DNA of 64,000 nucleotides from an uncultured Candidatus Rokubacteria bacterium (GCA_963762145.1 CAVXJS010000011.1:640001-704000), one strand, 5' to 3'. Counted from the first letter of the stretch, positions 49,136 through 58,771 are shown. Notes: generated by a model not told the origin, from the letters alone. A program made the numbers and translations.

Positions 49136-50002
49136 ATGGCCCTGCCGCGGGCCGCGATCCGCGGCTCGAGCCTCTGGCGTGACGCCTGGCGGCGTCTGCT
49201 CCGCAACAAGCTGGCGGTCGTGGGCGGGGTAGTGGTCATCTTGCTCCTGCTGCTCGCCGTCTTCGCCGACCTGGTCGCGCCGCAGTCCTACACGAAGCCC
49301 AACTTCGGCCGGCTCTACGAGTTTCCCTCCCGGGAGTTCCCGCTCGGCACCGATCAGCTCGGTCGCGACGTGCTCTCCCGCCTGATCTACGGAGCGCGTG
49401 TCTCGATGCTGGTGGGCCTCGGCGCCCAGGTCATCATCGTGCTGATCGGCGTCCCGATCGGAGCAGTGTCCGGGTTCATCGGTGGCCGCACCGACCTGAT
49501 CCTGACCCGCTTCATGGACGTGATGTACGCCTTCCCGAACCTGCTCTTCGTCATCCTCGTCATGTCGATGCTGGGGGCCGGGCTGATGAACATCTTCATC
49601 GCGCTCGGCCTCACCGGCTGGGTGGGTATCGCGCGCCAGACGCGCGCCCAGGTCCTCTCCATCAAGGAGAAGGAGTTCGTGGAGGGCGCCCGGGCGCTCG
49701 GGGCCGGCTTCTGGCGGGTGATGAGCCGCCACGTGCTGCCGAGCGCGCTCACCCCCATCGTCGTGTCGATCACCTTCGGCATCCCCGAGGCTATCTTCAC
49801 CGAGGCGGCGCTCTCGTTCATCGGGGTCGGCATCAACCCGCCCACGCCTTCGTGGGGCCAGATGGTGGGGGAGAACCAGCAGTTCCTGCGCTCCTACTGG
49901 CACCTGTGCGTGTTCCCGTCGATCGCCATCGCGGTGACCATGCTCTCGTTCACCTTCTTCGGCGACGGGGTCCGCGACGCGCTCGACCCCAAGCTGAAGT
50001 AA
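49136..50002 (+). CDS. oppC: Peptide/nickel ABC transporter permease (OppC-like)
   Basis: LGTDQLGRDVLSRLIYGARVS, EFVEGARALGA, GDGVRDALDPK. Confidence 0.9.
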   Translation: MALPRAAIRGSSLWRDAWRRLLRNKLAVVGGVVVILLLLLAVFADLVAPQSYTKPNFGRLYEFPSREFPLGTDQLGRDVLSRLIYGARVSMLVGLGAQVIIVLIGVPIGAVSGFIGGRTDLILTRFMDVMYAFPNLLFVILVMSMLGAGLMNIFIALGLTGWVGIARQTRAQVLSIKEKEFVEGARALGAGFWRVMSRHVLPSALTPIVVSITFGIPEAIFTEAALSFIGVGINPPTPSWGQMVGENQQFLRSYWHLCVFPSIAIAVTMLSFTFFGDGVRDALDPKLK

Positions 50003-50022
50003 CTCACAGGAGGACACCCACC

Positions 50023-51753
50023 ATGCGCATTCCAGACGAGCAGATGGAACTCTTCGCCAAGCGCCTCGAGTCCATCGGGGTCGGCCGGCGCGACTTCCTG
50101 AAGGTGGTCGGCGCCATGGCCGCGTTCGGCGGGCTCGGCTTCGCCACGCAGGCCGGGGCGGCCGCGCCGTCCAAGCCTGGGCCGGGCGAGAAGCTGGCCA
50201 AGGAGCAGGTGCTCCGCTACGGCGGCGGCGGGTGGATGCAGAACGATCCGTCCAGCCACGATTTCAACAAGGACCTCTACTGTGGCGGAGCGAACTCGCT
50301 GTTCGCAGGGCTCATGGTGTTCAACGCCGACTTCGTGTCGATCCCTTGGATGGCTTCCAAGGTTGAGGGGAACAAGGACGGCTCGGTGTGGACCTTCACG
50401 ATCCGGAAGGACAGCCGCTGGTCGGACAACTCGCCGGTATCGGCGCGGGACTTCGAGTGGTCGTGGAAGCGCCAGCTCGATCCAGCCACCGCCGCGCCCT
50501 ACGCCTCCTTCCTGTACGACCTGAAGAATGGCGAAGCGTACAACAAGAAGCAGGTCACGGACGCGAGCCAGGTCGGCGTGCGCGCCAAGGACGACTGGAC
50601 GCTCGAGGTGACGCTCGAGGGCCCGCGCGGCTACTTCCCGGTGCTCGCGGCCTACCTGGCCGCTCTGCCGGCTCACCGCGGTGCGGTGGAGAAGCACGGT
50701 GACAAGTGGACGGAGGCGGCCAATATCGTGACCAACGGGCCGTTCACTCTCGAGGCCTGGGAGCACAACAAGCAGGTTGTGCTCAAGAAGAACCCGTACT
50801 ACTACGGCGCCAAGAACGTGCACCTGAGCCGGGTGGTCATTCCGATCATTCCGGTAGCCTCCGGCGCGCTGCCCTACGAGAACAACGAGCTCGACCTGAC
50901 CGCGCTCCAGGCGGGGGATCTCAAGCGGCTGCAGTCCGACCCGCGCATGTCGAAGGACGTCTTCCGGTACCCGTTCCCGGGCACCTGGTACCTGCTGCCG
51001 CAGACCACGAAGCCGCCGTTCGACAACCTGAAGGTCCGTAAGGCGGTTGCCCACGCGATCGACCGGGAGAACGTCGTCAAGGTGAGCCAGGGACTCACGA
51101 TTCCCGCCTGGTCGATGATCCCACCTGGATTCCCCGGCGCGCTCGACGACCCCAAGATCAAGGCGATCCAGAAGTACGATAAGAAGCTGGCTCTGGAACA
51201 GCTCAAGGGCACGCCCTTTGAAGGTGGCAAGAACTGGCCCAAGATCACGCTCTCGATGCGTGACGAGGGTCTCGGCTCGAAGCCGCTCGCGGAGGCGGTC
51301 CAGGCGGTGCTGCTGGACACGCTCAACATGAAGACGGATCTGGAAGTTCTCGAGCCGCGGGTGTTTCGCGATCGCCTCTGGAAGCAGGAAATGCAGTTCG
51401 TCTGGATCCGCTGGTTCATGGACTATCCGGATCCGCACAACGAGTATTTCGACACCTTCTACGGCAAGAAGACCACCGGCCGGCGTCAGGCGTGGGTCAA
51501 TGAGGCCTTCGACAAGGAGCTGGAGGCGGGCCGCGACACCCGCGATCCCAAGAAGCGCCTCGAGCACTACAAGAAGGCCGAGGAGATCATGCAGCAGGAC
51601 GCCGGTTATGTGCCGGTGGCCTGGGTACTCCGCTACGCGGCCAAGAAGCCGTGGGTCGGCGGGATCGAGAAGAACAAGGCGGGGGAGTTCGTGGTGGACG
51701 GCAACATCTACGTGGACATGTTCCAGCACGTCTACATCACCGAGAAAGGGTAG
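50023..51753 (+). CDS. oppA: Family 5 ABC solute-binding protein (OppA-like), Tat-exported
   Basis: RRDFLK Tat motif; WTFTIRKDSRWSD, NGPF, PPFDNLKVRKA, DYPDP; AGGAGG RBS. Confidence 0.9.
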   Translation: MRIPDEQMELFAKRLESIGVGRRDFLKVVGAMAAFGGLGFATQAGAAAPSKPGPGEKLAKEQVLRYGGGGWMQNDPSSHDFNKDLYCGGANSLFAGLMVFNADFVSIPWMASKVEGNKDGSVWTFTIRKDSRWSDNSPVSARDFEWSWKRQLDPATAAPYASFLYDLKNGEAYNKKQVTDASQVGVRAKDDWTLEVTLEGPRGYFPVLAAYLAALPAHRGAVEKHGDKWTEAANIVTNGPFTLEAWEHNKQVVLKKNPYYYGAKNVHLSRVVIPIIPVASGALPYENNELDLTALQAGDLKRLQSDPRMSKDVFRYPFPGTWYLLPQTTKPPFDNLKVRKAVAHAIDRENVVKVSQGLTIPAWSMIPPGFPGALDDPKIKAIQKYDKKLALEQLKGTPFEGGKNWPKITLSMRDEGLGSKPLAEAVQAVLLDTLNMKTDLEVLEPRVFRDRLWKQEMQFVWIRWFMDYPDPHNEYFDTFYGKKTTGRRQAWVNEAFDKELEAGRDTRDPKKRLEHYKKAEEIMQQDAGYVPVAWVLRYAAKKPWVGGIEKNKAGEFVVDGNIYVDMFQHVYITEKG

Positions 51754-51761
51754 TGCTAAGA

Positions 51762-52199
51762 ATGAGAGGAAGTATTCGCGCTGCACGAGTGGTGCTGTTC
51801 GTGGCCGTGGGGTTGATGCTGGGAACCGGGGTGGCCGCCGCCCAGGTGGACGTGGGCAAGGCGCTGGTCGGGACGTGGAAGGGTGAGCTCCAGCAGCGTT
51901 CGCAGAAGGACGCGGATCCCACCCTCGTGCTGGTGATCAAGTCGGTCAAGGAGGAGAACGGCAAGTGGATGGCGGATGCCCGCGTGGGCGCCACCGAGGA
52001 CAAGACCGCGAAAGTGAATCTCGAGATCGACACCAGCGGTGCCAAGCCAGCCGTTCGGTGGACGGGTGGGAAGGGGGCTGTGTACGATCTCAGCCTCCTG
52101 GATGACAAGAACCTTGTGGGGACGGCCCTGCTGACCACCGGCGCTGGTGGCGCCAACCGGGACCGGTCCCGGTCTGTGAAGCTCGAGAAGAAAGAGTAG
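51762..52199 (+). CDS. Hypothetical secreted beta-barrel-like protein
   Basis: Signal peptide, then LVGTWKGE and alternating beta strands. Confidence 0.7.
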   Translation: MRGSIRAARVVLFVAVGLMLGTGVAAAQVDVGKALVGTWKGELQQRSQKDADPTLVLVIKSVKEENGKWMADARVGATEDKTAKVNLEIDTSGAKPAVRWTGGKGAVYDLSLLDDKNLVGTALLTTGAGGANRDRSRSVKLEKKE

Positions 52200-52214
52200 G
52201 AGCCGAGACCACGG

Positions 52215-52296
52215 CCCCTCACCCTGCCCTCTCCCCAACGGGGAGAGGGCTGTTCGGACCCTCGCCCCCGCAGGGGGAGAGGGTAGGGTGAGGGGG
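52215..52296. repeat. Inverted REP doublet between convergent genes (possible terminator role)
   Basis: CCCCTCACCCTGCCCTCTCCCCAACGGGGAGAGGG and inverted CCCTCGCCCCCGCAGGGGGAGAGGGTAGGGTGAGGGG. Confidence 0.85.
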
Positions 52297-52310
52297 ACGT
52301 CCGCAGGCGG

Positions 52311-53123
52311 TTACTTCGAGACCTGCACCGTGCCCTTCATGTTGGGGTGCAGCGCGCAGCTGTAGTTGAAGACGCCCTCGTCCTTGAAGGTCAGGGACGC
52401 GTTCTGGCCCTTCAGCAGGAATCCCGTCTTGAGCGGCGTGCCCGCCACCGTGACCTGGTGCGGCGACTCATCCGTGTTGGTCCAGGTGACGGTCTTGCCC
52501 GGGGCGACCGTGATGCCGGGAGGGCCGAAGGTGAAGGCGCCGATGTTCACGCCGATGGACCCCGCGGGCGCCGGCGCCGCGCTGGCCACCATGGTCCGGC
52601 CCGCCAGCGCCGGGTACGAGATCACGTAGTCGATCTGATCGTGGGGCTTGTGGCACTGGAAGCACGCCTTGTAGTTGGCCTTGTCGTTGAACTTGCCGTC
52701 CGCCCCGAAGGCCGAGTACTCCCACTCCCCGTTGCGGATGTCGTCCCCGTACTCCGTGCCCCAGCCGGTGCGCTTCTCCATGACGGTGTAGGCGATCAGG
52801 TCGCCCTTCAGGAAGCGGCCCTTGGCGTCCTTGAGCGGGTTGCCCTGAGCGTCCACCTGGGCCTTGTACTGGACCAGGGTGAGGACGGTGCCGCTCGGGA
52901 GCGGCTTGCCTTCCTTGGCCGCCTGGACGGCGGCGGCCGGGCTGGCGTAGAGCTCGCGGTACTGTTTGACGTCATACCGGTCCGCAATGGTGTAGAGCAC
53001 CCCGTCCTTGTAGTTGGCCGGGAACACGATCTTTTCCGGTCCCGCGCTGCTCCGCGAGGCCACCGCGGCCAGCGCGGCCAGGACCAGGGTCACCACGACG
53101 AGCCCGAGAACCCGTTTGCTCAT
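52311..53123 (-). CDS. Cytochrome P460/c'-beta family domain fused to an amicyanin-like cupredoxin
   Basis: Signal peptide; FPANY, LPSGTVL, VMEK, NGEWEY, CFQCH; C-terminal VTWTN..PHQV..YSCALHPNMKG. Confidence 0.88.
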   Translation of the reverse strand: MSKRVLGLVVVTLVLAALAAVASRSSAGPEKIVFPANYKDGVLYTIADRYDVKQYRELYASPAAAVQAAKEGKPLPSGTVLTLVQYKAQVDAQGNPLKDAKGRFLKGDLIAYTVMEKRTGWGTEYGDDIRNGEWEYSAFGADGKFNDKANYKACFQCHKPHDQIDYVISYPALAGRTMVASAAPAPAGSIGVNIGAFTFGPPGITVAPGKTVTWTNTDESPHQVTVAGTPLKTGFLLKGQNASLTFKDEGVFNYSCALHPNMKGTVQVSK

Positions 53124-53206
53124 ATCCCCTCCGTGTGCGGGCGTGATTGGACGTTCTGAGGACTCTACGGGCGAGGCGGCCGCCCGGACGTCACAACCGT
53201 GTGAAT

Positions 53207-53620
53207 TCATCGCCGGCCGTGAGCGCTCTCCGACTGGGTGGGGAGCAGGGAGACGTGGCTGTGGACGGCCAGCCACCGGCCGTCCCGCCGGGCGAGGTTG
53301 AACGTGGCGCGGCCGTGCCGCGTGAAGGGCTTCCCGTCGGGGCCGGTGGCCTCAGACGCCCAGGTCGCGGCGACCCAGGCCGAGTCGCCGGCACCCCCGG
53401 CGTCCGGATGCGCGTCGAAGCGAAAGCCCCGGATGCGCGGCCAGATCTGGCGCCACTGCTCGCGCTCGATGTTGTCGAGCCCGTGAACCGCGGTCGCGTA
53501 GGTGCCGAAGGCCACCGCGTCCGGGGCGAAGAGGCGGCGCCCCGCCGCGAAGTCCTGTCCGCGGCACGCGGCCTCGAACGTGGCCAGCCACTCGAGCGCT
53601 TCCGATCGGGCGTCGGACAT
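53207..53620 (-). CDS. NTF2/SnoaL-like family protein
   Basis: LFAPDAVAFGT, GRAT, WLAVHSHVS; upstream TTGACA-16-CATAAT. Confidence 0.82.
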   Translation of the reverse strand: MSDARSEALEWLATFEAACRGQDFAAGRRLFAPDAVAFGTYATAVHGLDNIEREQWRQIWPRIRGFRFDAHPDAGGAGDSAWVAATWASEATGPDGKPFTRHGRATFNLARRDGRWLAVHSHVSLLPTQSESAHGRR

Positions 53621-53685
53621 GCGCGGATTATGGGGCGATCCGGGGCCTTGTCAAGCACGGGCCGAGTCGTTATCCTTCGGCTCCA

Positions 53686-54102
53686 ATGACGGTCCCGGGG
53701 TTCGTCACGCTCTCGCTCGCCACCGCGGCGCTGCTCGTGGGTCTCGGGGGCGATCTGGCCGGGGAGGATCGCGCGCCCGTGTCCGACGATTCCTCGACGA
53801 AGGTCGCGCGGGCGCTCCTCGGCCCGACCCACGACGAGCCGGGGGATACGCCGGGCGGCTCCATGCACCAGCAGGACGGCCCGGGCCCGACCCGGCTCGT
53901 CGCGGTGAGGTCGCTCGGGGTCGGGGCGACCCACAACGGGTCCGTGAGTCAGCCGGAGTCGTCGCCGACCCGCGGACCTCCCGGCGAGGTGTCGTCCGTC
54001 TCGTCGTCCCCGCTCCATCCCGCTTCGGCAACACCTCGCTCGACCCGCCCCACCGCGTTCGCTACGGCTGTGGTCCGCCCACGTGCAGTGCACGCTTCAT
54101 AA
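53686..54102 (+). CDS. Hypothetical signal-peptide protein with an RGPP motif (candidate arrest/leader peptide)
   Basis: TTGTCA-17-TATCCT upstream; hydrophobic N-terminus, low-complexity linker, SPTRGPP. Confidence 0.45.
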   Translation: MTVPGFVTLSLATAALLVGLGGDLAGEDRAPVSDDSSTKVARALLGPTHDEPGDTPGGSMHQQDGPGPTRLVAVRSLGVGATHNGSVSQPESSPTRGPPGEVSSVSSSPLHPASATPRSTRPTAFATAVVRPRAVHAS

Positions 54103-54124
54103 CCCGAACACAGGAGACAGCATC

Positions 54125-54382
54125 ATGAGACTGCTCTCGATTGCGATCGCAACCGCCCTGGTGGGAATCTGCGGTGCCCCGGCCCTGGCCGGTGAGTGCC
54201 CGATGCTGCAGGCGCAGATGGAGCGTCAGACCAGCAACCGGCTCGACAGTGCGGCCTACAACGCCCGGGAGACCATGAAGCAGGCCAACACGCTCCACTC
54301 GCAGGGCAAGCACGCCGAGTCGGTGGCCAAGTACGACGAGGCGGCCAAGTCCCTCGGGGTGAAGCTTCAGAAAAAGCAGTAG
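54125..54382 (+). CDS. Small secreted helical hypothetical protein
   Basis: AGGAG RBS; signal peptide, then ECP...LHSQGKHAESVAKYDEAAK. Confidence 0.75.
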   Translation: MRLLSIAIATALVGICGAPALAGECPMLQAQMERQTSNRLDSAAYNARETMKQANTLHSQGKHAESVAKYDEAAKSLGVKLQKKQ

Positions 54383-54474
54383 GAGGACTGGACTCGCGGC
54401 GGCGCGGGGTGAGTCGACCGGCACGTCCGCGCCGCCGCGAGCGGAAGGGATGAAGATAGGCCGAGCCTCGAGCC

Positions 54475-54577
54475 AGGGACGAGCCCGAGCCGGTCATCCT
54501 CCCGATCGAGGATTCGCTCGATCTCGACGCCTTTGCCCCCCGGAGGCATCCGCTCGACGGTGGACGACGGCACCTCG
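54475..54577 (+). pseudogene. Degenerate copy of the smr gene 5' end (direct repeat of 58772-58870)
   Basis: (AGG)DEPEPVILPIEDSLDLDAFAPR versus MDEPDPVILPIEDSLDLHTFAPR; start codon lost, then frameshifted. Confidence 0.8.
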
Positions 54578-54804
54578 ATGCGCCCCTTTCTAGGCCGAAG
54601 GTCTTATAGACCGCACGGGCTTCGCCCGACATGATCCGGTAGGCCGGGCCATTCCCGCCCGCTGGAGGCAGCAATGCGCGAGACGGCACGGAGCGCGGTA
54701 CCGAGACTGGGTTCTACCCGCCTCGTGCCACAGGGGTACCCCGACATCTGCCTCGAACGCGACACTCATCGCGGCTGATCGGCGTCGCACGGAGGCGGGA
54801 AAAC

Positions 54805-56508
54805 GTGGTGCTATCGAGCTTCGTCCCCAGCATTGCCTGGCTGCGGCACTACCCGCGCGAATGGCTGCGCCCGGATCTGATTGCCGGCCTCACGGCCGCC
54901 GCTGTGGTCATCCCCAAGGCGATGGCCTACGCCACGATCGCGGGCCTGCCGCTGCAGGTCGGTCTCTACACGGCGATCGTGCCGATGGTCGTGTACGCGC
55001 TGGTCGGCACGTCGCGCCCGCTCAGCGTCAGCACGACCACGACGATCGCGATCCTTTGCGGCGCCGAGCTCGCCCGGGCCGCACCCGGCGGCGACCCCGG
55101 GGCCCTGATCGCCGCCGGCGCGACGCTCGCGGTCCTTACCGGCGCCATGCTGGTGGCCGCGTCCGCGCTGCGACTCGGCTTCGTCGCCAACTTCATCTCC
55201 GAGCCGGTGCTCACGGGCTTCAAGTCCGGTATCGGGCTGGTGATCGTGATCGACCAGGTCCCCAAGCTGCTCGGCGTGCACATCGAGAAGGCCGGCTTCT
55301 TCCGCGACCTGCTCGCGATCGTGCGCGAGCTGCCCCACGCCTCCGTCGCCACGGTCGCGATCGCCGTCTGTCTGCTCGTGCTAATCTTCGGCCTCGAGCA
55401 TTTTGTCCCGCGCGCGCCGGCCCCGCTCCTCGCGATCGCCGCGGCCATTGTCGCGTCGAGCCTGCTGGGCTTGAGCGCCGCCGGCGTGGCGACGGTCGGC
55501 AGCCTGCCCGGCGGCCTGCCGGCACCCGTCTGGCCCCGCTTCGATCTCGTCACCGAGATGTGGCCGGCGGCGGCCGGCATCGCGCTGATGAGCTTCACCG
55601 AGACGATCGCGGCGGCGCGCGCATTCGGCGCGCCCGGAGAGCCGCCGCCCGTGCCCAACCAGGAGCTGCTTGCGGTTGGCCTGGGAAACGTCGCGGGCGG
55701 CTTCCTGGGGGCCATGCCCGCGGGCGGTGGCACAACGCAGACGGCGGTCAACCGCAAGGCGGGAGCCCGGACCCAGGTAGCCGAGCTCGTCACCGCCGCG
55801 GCGGCCCTGGCGACGCTGCTGCTGTTGGCGCCGGTCATCGCGCTCATGCCGCAGGCGGCGCTGGCGGCGGTCGTGGTGGCGTACTCGTTCGATCTGATCA
55901 AGCCGGCGGAGTTCGCGGCGATCCGCCGCGTGCGGGGTGTCGAGTTCGCCTGGGCGCTCAGCGCGTTTGCCGGCGTCGTCCTCCTCGGAACGCTCAAGGG
56001 CATACTCGTGGCGGTCGTCGTCTCGCTGCTCGCGCTTTCCCAGCAGGCGTACAACCCGGCCGTTTACGTGATGGCCCGCAAGCGCGGCACGCAGGTGTAC
56101 CGCCCGCTCTCGAGCGAGCATCCGGACGACGAGACCTGGGCGGGGCTGCTGATCCTGCGCATGGAGGGCCGCCTGTTTTTCGCCAACGCGCAGGGCGTGG
56201 TCGAGAGGATGCGCTCGCTCATCGACCAGGCGAGGCCGTCGGTCGTGTTGCTCGATTGCGACGCCGTGATCGACATCGAGTACACCGCGGTCAAGATGCT
56301 GATCGAGGCGGAGCGAAAGCTGCACGACGAAGGGATCGCGCTCTGGCTGGCGGCGCTCAATCCGGGGGTGCTCGCGGTCGTGCGGCGCACGACACTGGCC
56401 CAGACGCTGGGCCGGGAACGGATGCTCTTCAACCTGGAGACCGCGGTGGAGCAATTCGAGCTGACCGCAGTCCATCGACCGTCACCACAGAAAGGGGCTG
56501 GCTCATGA
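54805..56508 (+). CDS. SulP/SLC26 family anion transporter with STAS domain
   Basis: PDLIAGLTAAAVVIPKAMAYATIAGLP..GLY, NQELLAVG, RLFFANA. Confidence 0.92.
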   Translation: MVLSSFVPSIAWLRHYPREWLRPDLIAGLTAAAVVIPKAMAYATIAGLPLQVGLYTAIVPMVVYALVGTSRPLSVSTTTTIAILCGAELARAAPGGDPGALIAAGATLAVLTGAMLVAASALRLGFVANFISEPVLTGFKSGIGLVIVIDQVPKLLGVHIEKAGFFRDLLAIVRELPHASVATVAIAVCLLVLIFGLEHFVPRAPAPLLAIAAAIVASSLLGLSAAGVATVGSLPGGLPAPVWPRFDLVTEMWPAAAGIALMSFTETIAAARAFGAPGEPPPVPNQELLAVGLGNVAGGFLGAMPAGGGTTQTAVNRKAGARTQVAELVTAAAALATLLLLAPVIALMPQAALAAVVVAYSFDLIKPAEFAAIRRVRGVEFAWALSAFAGVVLLGTLKGILVAVVVSLLALSQQAYNPAVYVMARKRGTQVYRPLSSEHPDDETWAGLLILRMEGRLFFANAQGVVERMRSLIDQARPSVVLLDCDAVIDIEYTAVKMLIEAERKLHDEGIALWLAALNPGVLAVVRRTTLAQTLGRERMLFNLETAVEQFELTAVHRPSPQKGAGS

Positions 56509-57332
56509 AAGCGAAGAAGCGCGACAACGGAGAGGCGGACGGGGATGGCGCAGAGCCGAAGAAGCTGAAGCGCAAGGCCTATGACAAGGAGCTTGAGCGG
56601 CTGCACGTCGAGCTCGTCAAGCTCCAGGAATGGGTCAAACACAAGGGGCTGAAGGTCTGCATCTTGTTCGAGGGGCGCGACGGTGCCGGAAAGGGCGGAA
56701 CGATCAAGGCGATCACCGAGCGGGTGAGCCCGCGCGTCTTTCGCGTGGTCGCGCTGCCCGCGCCGACCGAGCGGGAGAAGAGCCAGATGTACGTGCAGCG
56801 ATACCTGCCCCACTTGCCGGCCGCGGGCGAGGTCGTGATCTTCGATCGGAGCTGGTACAACCGCGCGGGCGTCGAGCGGGTCATGGGTTTCTGCTCCGAG
56901 GAGGCGGTGGAGAAATTCCTCGAGGTCGCGCCGGGCTTCGAGAAGCTGATGGTCGAGTCCGGCATCATCCTCGTCAAGTACTGGTTGGAAGTGACGATGG
57001 AGGAGCAGACCCGGCGGCTCGAGTCGCGCATCGACGACGGACGCAAGATCTGGAAGCTCTCCGGGATGGATCTGAAATCCTACGGGCGCTGGTACGACTA
57101 CTCACGGGCGCGCGACGACATGTTCGCGGCGACGGACACGAAGTGGGCGCCGTGGCACGTGGCGCGGACCGATGACAAGCGGCGCGGGCGCCTGAACATC
57201 ATCCGGCACCTCCTCAAGCAGATTCCGTACAAGGACGCGCCGCGCGACAAGGTGAAGCTGCCGAAGCGGCAGAAGCGCCACGGCTACCGCGAGCCCGACT
57301 ATCCGTTCAAGTTCATCCCGGAGAAGTACTGA
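56505..57332 (+). CDS. ppk2: Polyphosphate kinase 2
   Basis: FEGRDGAGKGG Walker A, FDRSWYNRAGVERVMGF, WKLS.MD. Confidence 0.93.
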   Translation: MKAKKRDNGEADGDGAEPKKLKRKAYDKELERLHVELVKLQEWVKHKGLKVCILFEGRDGAGKGGTIKAITERVSPRVFRVVALPAPTEREKSQMYVQRYLPHLPAAGEVVIFDRSWYNRAGVERVMGFCSEEAVEKFLEVAPGFEKLMVESGIILVKYWLEVTMEEQTRRLESRIDDGRKIWKLSGMDLKSYGRWYDYSRARDDMFAATDTKWAPWHVARTDDKRRGRLNIIRHLLKQIPYKDAPRDKVKLPKRQKRHGYREPDYPFKFIPEKY

Positions 57333-57463
57333 TTTGACCGGGGCGGATATAGGACGACCATTCTCACCAGCCGCGCGGGCCCCGTGATCACCCGAATTGC
57401 CTCGTGCGCGGTCGCGGCCCTGATCGCGAGGGCGCGCCGGGCGAATGTGGCGAGGGCGATGCC

Positions 57464-58669
57464 GTGAGTGACGCGATTCTCGTTCTGAACGCCGGCTCGT
57501 CCAGCATCAAGTTCGTGCTCTTCGCCGAGCGGCAGCGGACACTCGCGCCTGTCGTTCAGGGTCAGATCGAGGGCATCGGGACGGCGCCGCGGTTTGTGGC
57601 GCGAGGGCCGGAGAGCGAGGTGCTCGCGGAGAAGTCTTGGGGCGATGGGGTGAGCCTCGGCCACGACGGCGCCATGTCGCATCTCGCGGAGTTTTTGCGC
57701 CAGCAGGGCGGCGGTCTCGAACTCGCGGCGGTCGGCCACCGGGTGGTCCACGGCGGGATGGAGTATGCGGAGCCTGTCCGGCTCGATCCCGTTGTAGTCG
57801 GCGTGCTCGAGAAATTCATACCGCTTGCCCCGCTCCATCAGCCGCACAACCTGGCGCCGATTCGCCTCCTGATGGAGCAGCGGCCGAGTCTGCCGCAGGT
57901 CGCCTGCTTCGACACCGCATTTCATGCCACGAATCCCGACATCTCGCGGCGCTTCGCCATTCCCGTGGAGCTCCACGACGCTGGGGTGAGACGCTACGGC
58001 TTTCACGGCCTGTCCTACGAGTACGTCGCCTCGGTTCTGCCGGGGCATGACGCTCGTGCCGCGGCGGGCAGGACAGTCGTATGCCATCTCGGTAACGGCT
58101 CGAGCATGTGCGCGCTGGAGGGCGGCCGGAGCGTCGCGAGCACGATGGGTTTCACCGCGGTGGACGGGCTGCCCATGGGCACGCGGTGCGGGGCCATCGA
58201 CCCCGGCGTGCTGCTCTACCTCATGGACCAGCGCGGAATGGACGCGCGCGCGATCGAAAAGCTCATCTATAGCGAGTCGGGCCTGCTCGGGGTGTCCGGC
58301 ACCTCGAGTGATATGCGGAAGCTCCTGGGCTCGGACGATCCCCGGGCGAAGCTCGCCGTGGACCTCTACGTGTATCGGATTCGGCGCGAGCTGGGCTCGC
58401 TCGCGGCCGCGCTGGGTGGACTCGATGCGCTCGTGTTCACGGCCGGGATCGGCGAGAACAGCCCGGCGGTCCGGGGACGGATCTGCCGCGACGCGGAGTG
58501 GCTGGGACTGGAGCTCGACCGCGCGGCGAACGAGAGGGGCGGGCCGCGGATCAGCATGGCGGGCAGCCGGGTGACCGCGTGGGCCATTCCGACCAACGAG
58601 GAGTTGATGATCGCACAGCATACGCAGCGCCTGATCGCGCACCCTGGCGCGCGAGCCGCCGGAGCATAG
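57464..58669 (+). CDS. ackA: Acetate/propionate kinase
   Basis: LNAGSSSIK, GHRVVHGG, APLH, FDTAFH, RYGFHGLSY, HLGNGSS, MGTRCG, FTAGIGEN, IPTNEE. Confidence 0.94.
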   Translation: MSDAILVLNAGSSSIKFVLFAERQRTLAPVVQGQIEGIGTAPRFVARGPESEVLAEKSWGDGVSLGHDGAMSHLAEFLRQQGGGLELAAVGHRVVHGGMEYAEPVRLDPVVVGVLEKFIPLAPLHQPHNLAPIRLLMEQRPSLPQVACFDTAFHATNPDISRRFAIPVELHDAGVRRYGFHGLSYEYVASVLPGHDARAAAGRTVVCHLGNGSSMCALEGGRSVASTMGFTAVDGLPMGTRCGAIDPGVLLYLMDQRGMDARAIEKLIYSESGLLGVSGTSSDMRKLLGSDDPRAKLAVDLYVYRIRRELGSLAAALGGLDALVFTAGIGENSPAVRGRICRDAEWLGLELDRAANERGGPRISMAGSRVTAWAIPTNEELMIAQHTQRLIAHPGARAAGA

Positions 58670-58771
58670 CGGCCACCAAGCGCTCGAAAGAGAGGCCTCG
58701 GGGCGCCACGGATGGGCGACGTCGGCCACGTCCGCCGCCGCACCATAGGGCGGATGCGCTAGGCTGGGGTC

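Noticed and set aside
52215-52296. CRISPR array or IS ends
   Set aside because: Only two inverted palindromic units, with no spacers, cas genes or transposase; fits a REP doublet.
52580-53123. True hydroxylamine-oxidising cytochrome P460 (nitrification marker)
   Set aside because: The crosslinking Lys position appears to be Leu, so it is treated as c'-beta-like.
54674-54778. 34-codon ORF with a GGAGG RBS upstream of sulP as a leader peptide
   Set aside because: No recognisable motif, codon run or attenuator structure; cannot be supported from sequence alone.
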